The position numbers were made by a program, and so were the translations under genes. A DNA stretch of 32,000 bases from Candidatus Hadarchaeota archaeon (GTDB lineage Archaea > Hadarchaeota > Hadarchaeia > Hadarchaeales > Hadarchaeaceae), in the NCBI GenBank assembly GCA_964514965.1, contig CAZETV010000001.1, positions 998,739-1,030,738 on the forward strand, written 5' to 3'. The notes under the pieces were generated by a model. It did no database searches and had not been told where the DNA came from. It saw only the letters and a list, made by a program, of their open reading frames with translations. Shown piece after piece: positions 25,427 to 32,000 of this stretch (the first letter of the stretch is position 1; each line of letters starts with the position of its first letter).

Positions 25427-25621
25427 ATGAGAAAAACTAAGTTGTTGAAGATTTACCAAGATAGAAAGTCAGGTGCCTTATTTGTTCGTTCTACCAAAGT
25501 CGATGAAAATGACGATTTTGTCCTTAAGTCTGCCAAAGATGGGAAAGCTTTAGGCCCAAAGAAGACAAGCAACGAAGAACTCGGCATGTGGATTCGTAAA
25601 ATTCTCGAAAAATGTGAGTAA
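25427..25621 (+). CDS. Orphan 64-aa basic protein
   Basis: ATG preceded by GAGGTGA, with a TATA-like AAACTTTAAAC upstream. No recognisable motif. Flanked by arrays A and B. Confidence 0.35.
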   Translation: MRKTKLLKIYQDRKSGALFVRSTKVDENDDFVLKSAKDGKALGPKKTSNEELGMWIRKILEKCE

Positions 25622-25681
25622 CCCTTTTCAAAGCTCACATCGACTTTTGCAACAGAAAACCGACTTTTGCAACAAAGCCAG
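25621..25681 (+). repeat. Motif array B: (degenerate ACCCTTTTCAAAGC)-TCACAT-CGACTTTTGCAACA-GAAAAC-CGACTTTTGCAACA-AAGCCAG
   Basis: Two perfect 14-mers (25641-25654 and 25661-25674) with 20-nt period, plus one degenerate unit. The array starts at the stop codon of the 64-aa ORF. Confidence 0.9.
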
Positions 25682-25754
25682 GATTTGAGGAAAATTTATA
25701 AACCAGGAAAAGAGAGGGTACGCTCATAAAGAGTCGTTTTAGCAGTCATGAGCA

Positions 25755-26495
25755 TCAAACAGTTTCAAGTCCTCCTCTGACAGTGGAAATTTTTACTTTT
25801 TTCAATCCTTCTTTTTTTGCTGTGCGTGCGAGTTCTAGCAAGCGTTCGCGGTCGGGCATAGGAAGCTTTCGGAAGTCCTGGTCGAAAGTGCGCTGGTTGC
25901 GGAACTGTTGGAGACGCAAACAATCAACGCCTTTAACGTCGTTCGCTATCCGCGCTATGGTTCTCTCGTCGTCATTCAGTGTCGGCACTACCGTGGTACG
26001 CGCTTCGATTTCGGCTTTTGAGCTGATTACGAGCTTTAGGCTTTCTTTAACTTTGTCAGTTAAGTCTGGCACCCGCATTTGACCAGTCGCTCGGGCATAG
26101 AGTTTTGAATCACTCAGAGGTGCCTTGATGTCGATTGCGACGAAATCTAGATGAGGCAACAAACGTTCAAGCGTTTTGGGGTTGCTCCCGTTTGTTTCTA
26201 TAGCGCAATAGAATCCGAGTCCTTTCGATTTTTTCAAAATATCTAAGCAAGCTTCGGGCTGGAGGAGCGGCTCCCCTCCTGTGATCAAGATCGTGTCGAC
26301 GAGAGGTCCGAGCCTCTTGATTTGCTCGATGACTTCATTAGTATCAGCGTTCTTCCGCCCACTCGGGATAATGCCCTCAATATTCTGGCACCAAGGACAA
26401 CGGAGGTCACAACCTTGGAGGAATACGACTGTAACTAGTTTTCCTGGCCAGTCGACGGTGCTTAGGTTAGTGATGCCCATCAAGCGGAACTTCAA
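25755..26495 (-). CDS. nrdG: Anaerobic ribonucleoside-triphosphate reductase activating protein (radical SAM)
   Basis: 246-aa ORF with a CDLRCPWCQN (CxxxCxxC) cluster and ITGGEPLL, immediately downstream of nrdD. Confidence 0.85.
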   Translation of the reverse strand: MKFRLMGITNLSTVDWPGKLVTVVFLQGCDLRCPWCQNIEGIIPSGRKNADTNEVIEQIKRLGPLVDTILITGGEPLLQPEACLDILKKSKGLGFYCAIETNGSNPKTLERLLPHLDFVAIDIKAPLSDSKLYARATGQMRVPDLTDKVKESLKLVISSKAEIEARTTVVPTLNDDERTIARIANDVKGVDCLRLQQFRNQRTFDQDFRKLPMPDRERLLELARTAKKEGLKKVKISTVRGGLETV

Positions 26496-26498
26496 ATG

Positions 26499-28337
26499 CT
26501 AGATCTCCTTCATGCTAACTTTCTCATCGTACTCAAGGCGGTCTCGGAACTCTTCCTGCTTTCCAACGTGCCAGTTTTGGACTGGGCGGAAGTATCCCAC
26601 GATGCGCGAGTATACTTCGGCAGGTTTCCCACAGAGTGGACATTTGAAGTGCTCTCCCCGCAGGTATCCGTGCTCCATGCAGATGCTGAAAGTGGGGGTT
26701 ATTGTGTAGTAGGGCAACCTAAAGTTCTCTGCTATTCTCCGGACGAGTACCTCGCAACCCTCGGCACTGCTCACCGCTTCCCCTAAAAAACTGTGGAAGA
26801 CCGTGCCACCGTTGTAGAGCACTTGCAAGTCATCCTGATGGCGGAGGGCCTCGGCAAGATTGTTCGTGTAGCCAACTGGCAGGTGCGTCGAGTTGGTGTA
26901 ATATGGAACCTTATTGCCAGAGGTGATAATTTTGGGGTAGTGTTTTTTGTCGAGTCTTGCCAAGCGATGACTTGTTCCCTCGGCCGGAGTCGCCTCCAGA
27001 TTGTAGATGTTGCCGGTCTCATCTTGGAACTCGAGTAATTTCTTTCGCATGAACTTTAGCACTTTAATCGCGAACTCCTTTCCTCCCTTTGTTTCAATAC
27101 CCTCCCCGAGAAAGTTTAGGCAGGCTTCGTGCATGCCAACCAATCCAACCGTCGAAAAGTGAAACTTGAGCGTGCCCAAGTAGCGCGCGGAGAAAGGTAG
27201 CAGCCCGCGTTCCATGTTTTTTCCAACAAACTCCCTCTTTATCTCCAAACTGTCTTTCGCGAGTTCCATCAATTTCCCAAGCCGCTCGAAGAATTCGCCT
27301 TCATCCTTCGAGATGTAACCTAACCGAGGCATATTTATCGTTACCACGCCCACGCTTCCTGTTTTTTCAGCATATCCGAAGAAGCCGCCGTACCTGCGGT
27401 GGAGTTCGCGCAAATCCAGCTGAAGCCGGCAACACATTGCTCTAACTTCACGGGGATTAATGCCTCCTTTTATACAGTTTTGGAAGTAAGGAATCCCAAA
27501 CTTCGCTGTAGCTTGAAAAAGCAGGTTGGAAACATCGGAGTCCCAGTCAAAATCTTTCGTCACGTTGTAAGTTGGGATTGGGAAGGTGAAAATACGCCCG
27601 CGCATGTCTCCGTGAAGCATTACGTCTAAGAAAGCTCGGTTGACGAGGTCGGCTTCGGACTGGAAATCGGCGTAGGTTTCGTCTAGGACTTTCCCCCCGT
27701 AAATCACCGGTTGCTCCTGCAGGTCCTCAGGCACTTTGAGCTCGAGGGCCAAGTTGGTGAATGGAGTCTGTCCACCCCAGCGTGATGAAATGTTGAGATT
27801 ATAAATGAACTCCTGCATCGCCTGTTTCACCTGCTTGTAACTCAATCCATCTTTCCGCACAAAGGGCGCGAGATAAATATCGAGCGAACTCACCGCCTGT
27901 GCTCCCGCCCACTCGTTCTGGACCGACCCTAGGAAATTGGAGATTTGGAGAAGAGCTGAAGAGAAGTGTTTTGCTGGGGAGGACTCAGTTCGTCCTGCGA
28001 TACCGCTGAAGCCCTGTAAAAGTAAGTCCTTGATGGACCAGCCCGCACAATAGCCTACTATTCCAAAAGGCACGTTGTGGATATGAAAATCGCCTTCGGT
28101 ATGGGCTAGCGCTATCTCACGTGGATAGACCTTCGAAAGTGCATAGCGCGCAACCGTCTCTCCAGCAGCTTGGAGAAAAAGAGACGAGAACGAATAGGCG
28201 ACATTTGCGTTCTCCTTGACACGCCAATTCTGCATCCCAATGTAATCGTCGACGAATTTAGCTGCGTCAATGTACTCGGGCTTGACCCTTGGCTTGGTCT
28301 TGGCTTTTCGCCTTTTTGGTTCGGCCTTTTTTGGCAT
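26499..28337 (-). CDS. nrdD: Anaerobic (class III) ribonucleoside-triphosphate reductase
   Basis: 612-aa ORF with a C-terminal Zn ribbon (CPLCG) and a glycyl-radical motif (SRIVGYFRPV). Confidence 0.92.
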   Translation of the reverse strand: MPKKAEPKRRKAKTKPRVKPEYIDAAKFVDDYIGMQNWRVKENANVAYSFSSLFLQAAGETVARYALSKVYPREIALAHTEGDFHIHNVPFGIVGYCAGWSIKDLLLQGFSGIAGRTESSPAKHFSSALLQISNFLGSVQNEWAGAQAVSSLDIYLAPFVRKDGLSYKQVKQAMQEFIYNLNISSRWGGQTPFTNLALELKVPEDLQEQPVIYGGKVLDETYADFQSEADLVNRAFLDVMLHGDMRGRIFTFPIPTYNVTKDFDWDSDVSNLLFQATAKFGIPYFQNCIKGGINPREVRAMCCRLQLDLRELHRRYGGFFGYAEKTGSVGVVTINMPRLGYISKDEGEFFERLGKLMELAKDSLEIKREFVGKNMERGLLPFSARYLGTLKFHFSTVGLVGMHEACLNFLGEGIETKGGKEFAIKVLKFMRKKLLEFQDETGNIYNLEATPAEGTSHRLARLDKKHYPKIITSGNKVPYYTNSTHLPVGYTNNLAEALRHQDDLQVLYNGGTVFHSFLGEAVSSAEGCEVLVRRIAENFRLPYYTITPTFSICMEHGYLRGEHFKCPLCGKPAEVYSRIVGYFRPVQNWHVGKQEEFRDRLEYDEKVSMKEI

Positions 28338-28382
28338 CTTTAACCAAATAAACTTACATCATCACCTTTAACGATATTTCGG

Positions 28383-29036
28383 TCATGTGAGCTTTTTTTG
28401 TTTTTCTTCGTTCTCGATTCGTTGTGCCGTCTTCCATGATTTCCGGGCGAACTCCGGTAGTTTGCCACGCTCACGCACCCAGCGCTCGAGGAAGGCGATC
28501 GTTCGAGGGTCCGAGGTGTAACCCGAGCCAAAATCGCCGTAACGTTCTCTCAACTTGGCTATACGTTGGTCGCGGCGGACCTTCGCGACAATCGAAGCAG
28601 CGGCCACGATAACATACTTGCGGTCGGCGAAATTCTCAATGACAAGCTTAGGCTTACTTTTGATATATTTTAGAACCCTCTGCTCGAAGAGCTTTGGATT
28701 TGGGTCGGGTGAGTCCAGATATGCGGATTTTGGCTTTAAGCGGTTTATAATTTGGGCGAATGTTTTTGCCTCCAACTCGTTGAGGTTGATTTTCTTGAGG
28801 AGGCGGAACTCGTCGATTTCTGCTGGGGATAACTCAACGATTTCTAAGCCCGACGCCCGTTCAGTTATGGTGCGGGCAAGTGTCTCACGCCTCCGGGGGC
28901 TGAGAAGTTTGGAGTCCTTCACCCCTGCTGCCTTGAGCTCATTTAGTTCTAATTCATCAAACTTCACGCCGCAGAGCACCATCGGGCCAAAAACTGGTCC
29001 GCGCCCCGCCTCGTCCAAGCCGGCGATACTTCCCAT
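28383..29036 (-). CDS. rnhB: Ribonuclease HII
   Basis: 217-aa ORF. N-terminal GLDEAGRGPVFGPMV and DSK, AASIVAK blocks. Confidence 0.92.
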   Translation of the reverse strand: MGSIAGLDEAGRGPVFGPMVLCGVKFDELELNELKAAGVKDSKLLSPRRRETLARTITERASGLEIVELSPAEIDEFRLLKKINLNELEAKTFAQIINRLKPKSAYLDSPDPNPKLFEQRVLKYIKSKPKLVIENFADRKYVIVAAASIVAKVRRDQRIAKLRERYGDFGSGYTSDPRTIAFLERWVRERGKLPEFARKSWKTAQRIENEEKQKKLT

Positions 29037-29079
29037 TTGGGGTCCTCTTAACTAATCCGTCTCTCCAGTCTCTTTAACC

Positions 29080-29373
29080 CTACCGCAGTCTTGAAGTTGC
29101 CGCAATCAGGCGTTTTTCATCGCGTAGCGCGAGCTCTTGCACGGCCAGCTGGGTTGCATCTGTGTTCACGAAGATTGTTTGAGTTTGTGCGTAGATCGGC
29201 AACGAGCGAAGGAGAGTAGATGTCGTGCCGTTCCCCACAAAATTTATAATTCACCTTCGCACGGGTTTAGGAAAAATCGTAACTCCTCGTGCTTCTAGCT
29301 CCCGCCAAATCCGCTCGCGGAGGGCTTGTTTATCTATCAAAACCCGAAGCTTTAATATGGCTCCAGCTTTCAT
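29080..29373 (-). pseudogene. Decayed, truncated 5-formyltetrahydrofolate cyclo-ligase-like gene with an in-frame TGA
   Basis: Hand translation gives MKAGAILKLRVLIDKQALRERIWRELEARGVTIFPKPVRR*IINFVGNGTTSTLLRSLPIYAQTQTIFVNTDATQLAVQELALRDEKRLIAATSRLR*. It follows the archaeal COG0212 pattern I recall (..FP.PV.GRIPNFVGA..AA..L......A..I.VNPD.PQ..VRE..L.DGK.L...TPRL). Key residues are replaced and only the N-terminal ~97 codons remain. Confidence 0.55.
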
Positions 29374-29386
29374 TTAGTCTTGTCAG

Positions 29387-30508
29387 GTGATCGCTATCGC
29401 ACATGGGGAAATCGATGTAAGGCCCATTGTCGGCGCGGTAGTTGTGTTCGCGATTATAGGTGCGGCCATTTTCGGCGTTTATTACTTCCTTATCGCAAAG
29501 CCTGCAGCCGAGGAACTCGAGCAGGCGAAGCTTTCAGCTTTGAGTCAGATAAATAATTCTCTGGCCTCGATAGAAACCGACCAAGCATCGACAGCGACAT
29601 CAAGCTATTCGGCTCAAGTGCTGGTAGCGAGTTCTAAGATCGAGGTCGAATCGATTTCGGCAAATGTGACTGCTACCATTCAGCTTGAGCAGAAGCGCAA
29701 GGAACTGCTGGACAAGGTTGACACTGCGGTTAATGGCACTTACTATTCAGCAACGGGCACCTCAGGCACGATAGCGGTGTCGGCTTTGTACACTCTTTTG
29801 GAAACTCTGGGACCTGCGGTAAACGCGAAAGGGACAATATCGGAACTGGAGGCATATGAAGCAGAAATCGACAGCCAAGCAACCTCAACATGGCAAACCT
29901 TCCATACCAACATAATCGGAGGCATGGCTGAAAACGAGATAGAAATGTGGAGGAGAAACTCTCCAGTATCGGGCGGGTATCTATCAAAGGATAATGCTCT
30001 CGCATACGTCAGCGAGGAAACTTGGGAAACCCTGCGCGAACTAAAATTCGAAGAAGCCAGCACCGTTGAGGTACCCATTCTGGATACCTTCCAAAGGACG
30101 CCCACGATTACATCTGGCTCGGTTGTCACCATTTATGTTTATGACATAGGCGCTGACAACATGGAAGAACTATGGACGGGTGTAACAGTCCAGAACGTGA
30201 TTTACTCCCAATCCGACATCGCTACCATTGCATGGGCTCTGACGGACGGAACCACCACGAACTCTTATTCGTTGAATATGTGGGAGACCATCAAGGCAGC
30301 TGCAGCCGGAGATGCAGATGCAGCAGCCATCGCTTGGCAGAATTACGGTGTGGATGTCATGGACCGCGCCAGAAGCGCAAATATTGGGGATTACAGCGTA
30401 TCAGTGATTTACGTGGTAAAGGTGCCGGACGAGATCGGTGAGAAGATAATGCAGTACGAGCTGCACATGAGCGCGACCAAAGACATCATCCTGATAGCAA
30501 CAGTTTAA
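29387..30508 (+). CDS. Membrane-anchored protein of unknown function (N-terminal TM, helical region, beta-rich C-terminal domain)
   Basis: 373-aa ORF with GTG start. TM segment IVGAVVVFAIIGAAIFGVYYFLI. No catalytic motif recognised. Confidence 0.55.
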   Translation: MIAIAHGEIDVRPIVGAVVVFAIIGAAIFGVYYFLIAKPAAEELEQAKLSALSQINNSLASIETDQASTATSSYSAQVLVASSKIEVESISANVTATIQLEQKRKELLDKVDTAVNGTYYSATGTSGTIAVSALYTLLETLGPAVNAKGTISELEAYEAEIDSQATSTWQTFHTNIIGGMAENEIEMWRRNSPVSGGYLSKDNALAYVSEETWETLRELKFEEASTVEVPILDTFQRTPTITSGSVVTIYVYDIGADNMEELWTGVTVQNVIYSQSDIATIAWALTDGTTTNSYSLNMWETIKAAAAGDADAAAIAWQNYGVDVMDRARSANIGDYSVSVIYVVKVPDEIGEKIMQYELHMSATKDIILIATV

Positions 30509-30557
30509 AAGTTCGATAATTTTTAGCGCGCAGCGTGCGACGAATCTACATGGGCAC

Positions 30558-31100
30558 ATGCCGAACAATTTCCTTATTACCGGACGATCTGGAAGCGGCA
30601 AAACTTCAATCATCGAGCGGACGATGTTTATCCTGCGCGAGCGGGGGTTTCGAGCTGGCGGGCTTTATTGCCCCGAGATTCGTGAGGGTGGAGTCCGGGT
30701 GGGTTTTAAAATAATCGACATAATGACGGGGGAGGAACGTATCTTGGCGCATGTCCGGCAGCGAGAGGGCCCTCAAGTCAGCAAATACAGAGTCAACGTC
30801 GCGAACGTGGACGAGTTCAGCGAGGCGGCGATTGGGCGGGCGCTGCGGGAGGCAGACTTCGTGGTCATCGACGAGATCGCTCCCATGGAGACACACAGCG
30901 AGGGCTTCAAGCGCTCGGTGTTGGACGCTCTCGACTCCCCCAAACCCTTGCTGGCGGTAATTTACCAGCGGACGCAGACAGGATTTATAGGCGAGATCAA
31001 AACTCGCGGCGAGGTCAAGATTTTCGAGGTGACGCAAAACACGCGAACGGAATTATCGGAAAGGCTCGCGAAAATCGTGCAAGGTTATTTTGAAAGTTGA
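30558..31100 (+). CDS. THEP1-type nucleoside-triphosphatase (COG1618-like P-loop NTPase)
   Basis: 180-aa ORF with Walker A ITGRSGSGKTS and Walker B FVVIDEIAPME. GFKIID and overall size fit the family. Confidence 0.8.
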   Translation: MPNNFLITGRSGSGKTSIIERTMFILRERGFRAGGLYCPEIREGGVRVGFKIIDIMTGEERILAHVRQREGPQVSKYRVNVANVDEFSEAAIGRALREADFVVIDEIAPMETHSEGFKRSVLDALDSPKPLLAVIYQRTQTGFIGEIKTRGEVKIFEVTQNTRTELSERLAKIVQGYFES

Positions 31101-31115
31101 GTTTTTTGAAAACTC

Positions 31116-31766
31116 TCAGTTGGTACTCTCAAAACACTTTTTCCCGAGCTCTTTTGCGATCTCCTCCAGCGCCCGATTTGAAGCCGGCGCAAACTCTCGC
31201 TCGAGCTCCTGCACGAAACGGCTGCCGGGCGCTCCGAGCTGCCAGAGATCCACGTATATCTGGACGGGCGGGGCCGCGCCACTCTCGCTCAGGCGCGTGA
31301 GATGTTTATCGGGTGCAAGCACGAACAAATTTCTTTCCTTATTCTCATTGGACTTAAATGCGCGTTTTATCTCGTCGTCACTGGCATAGACGAAGACTTG
31401 CTCGTAATCTGCGGGCGTCGAGCCAAGTCTAGCACGAAGACCGGAATAAGCCGTTAGAATAGCACCGCGCGGCAGTTTCGCTTCTAGTTCACTGGTAGTC
31501 ATGGGCACGAAGGTGGCGTAGGTGATGTCTCTGGCGAGCTCCCGGGTGACTGCCCAGTAGAGCAGCGCGCGTTTCGGGTCGATTAGACGAAACCCGAGTG
31601 GCTTGCGATTAATCGCCCCTATCTGCTCAAGGCGCGAAATAAGCGGATTTGTGGTGCCAAGCGAGAGTCCACATGTTTCTGAGAGTCCTTTCTGGCTGAA
31701 GAACCGCTCGCCCCGTCCGTAGAAGCGGTGGAGAATCTCGCGAAGGATCCGGTCGATTTTCCTTAT
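31116..31766 (-). CDS. Winged-HTH protein with a C-terminal uncharacterised domain; no canonical start codon for the HTH-encoding part
   Basis: The frame is open from 31796. The HTH-like block is FFSQKGLSETCGLSLGTTNPLISRLEQIGAI. The first ATG/GTG/TTG is the GTG at 31508, downstream of the HTH. An ATA at 31766-31764 preceded by GGGGT is the best candidate start. Confidence 0.5.
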   Translation of the reverse strand: MRKIDRILREILHRFYGRGERFFSQKGLSETCGLSLGTTNPLISRLEQIGAINRKPLGFRLIDPKRALLYWAVTRELARDITYATFVPMTTSELEAKLPRGAILTAYSGLRARLGSTPADYEQVFVYASDDEIKRAFKSNENKERNLFVLAPDKHLTRLSESGAAPPVQIYVDLWQLGAPGSRFVQELEREFAPASNRALEEIAKELGKKCFESTN

Positions 31767-31803
31767 CGGAACCCCAGAAAAGATTGGGGGACGCTTTTAA
31801 ATA

Positions 31804-31827
31804 GGGTTTCGGTTTTTCACGAAACCC
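31804..31827. promoter_or_regulatory. Perfect 8-bp stem hairpin/palindrome GGGTTTCG-N8-CGAAACCC just upstream of the wHTH reading frame
   Basis: Direct reading of the sequence. It lies 8 nt beyond the upstream stop (TAA, + strand 31797-31799) that bounds the open frame. Confidence 0.4.
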
Positions 31828-31943
31828 CCTTAAGCCGCTATGTCCATCGTCACTGAATTCTCGCCAAAACCCCTAATAAAAGAGTGGGGGCTACTGGCGA
31901 ACCAGCGCGACTCCTTAATCCGCTTATAAAGGTTTCGATAGTG

Positions 31944-31997
31944 GTGGCTTTGTTGCAAAAGTCGCCCCTGTTGCAAAAGTTCGTTTTGCTAAAGTCG
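31944..31997 (-). repeat. Motif array C (inverted orientation): read on the minus strand, CGACTTTAGCAAAA-CGAACTTTTGCAACA-GGGG-CGACTTTTGCAACA-AAGCCAC
   Basis: The plus strand reads GTGGCTT-TGTTGCAAAAGTCG-CCCC-TGTTGCAAAAGTTCG-TTTTGCTAAAGTCG. About 30 nt are near-identical to the transposase 3' end (one substitution plus a 2-nt spacer indel). The window ends 3 nt later. Confidence 0.9.
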
Positions 31998-32000
31998 CGT

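Larger units (their letters stand above)
21005..25754. mobile_element. AT-rich accessory island carrying a transposase, an RM-like operon and an orphan ORF
   Basis: Spot counts of 60-nt lines give roughly 35-40% GC inside the island versus roughly 50-57% in the flanking pilus and PheRS genes. The island is bracketed by direct copies of the paired 14-nt motif at 21191-21224 and 25641-25674. Confidence 0.5.

Noticed and set aside
25311-25681. CRISPR-like appearance of the regularly spaced 14-nt repeats
   Set aside because: Spacers are only 4-6 nt, there are only 2-3 units per array, and no cas genes are present. This is not a CRISPR array.
29251-29253. In-frame TGA as a possible selenocysteine or recoding site in the cyclo-ligase-like frame
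   Set aside because: The surrounding sequence has lost many family-conserved residues and the gene is truncated, so decay is far more likely than recoding.

Overview
This is an archaeal chromosomal window. The evidence is an archaeal-type Pth2, a two-subunit archaeal PheRS, a geranylgeranyl reductase, class III (prepilin) signal peptides, TATA-like promoters and oligo-T terminators.

Layout:
- 1-8.2 kb: housekeeping genes (geranylgeranyl reductase, pth2, thiL, pheS/pheT), one autonomous structured RNA gene, and a small AT-richer islet holding a truncated subtilase homolog that lacks the catalytic Ser.
- 8.2-8.5 kb: a second candidate stable RNA.
- 8.6-21.0 kb: a large Tad/Epd-like archaeal type IV pilus locus. 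It has a FlaI/TadA-type ATPase, a platform split into two TadB/TadC-like genes, an HTH protein, 3 + 7 prepilin-like genes, a polytopic membrane protein, and a convergent pair of MinD/ParA-like ATPases around a small membrane protein. One of the MinD-like ATPases has a degenerate P-loop. No prepilin peptidase is present.
- 21.0-25.75 kb: an AT-rich island. It carries a SWIM-zinc-finger DDE transposase and a compact operon of an RHH controller, a stand-alone HsdR_N-type PD-(D/E)xK protein and an M-S fusion methyltransferase. ATACGTAT palindromic operators lie upstream of the operon.
- 25.75-32 kb: nrdG-nrdD-rnhB, a decayed 5-formyl-THF cyclo-ligase-like pseudogene, a membrane-anchored unknown protein, a THEP1-type NTPase, and a wHTH gene with no canonical start codon.

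A 14-nt motif (CGACTTTTGCAACA) occurs in 20-nt-period arrays at four places. One array lies inside the 3' end of the transposase ORF. The arrays bracket the island and one sits in the wHTH promoter region.

All calls rest on reading the sequence and the translations. No database search was possible.
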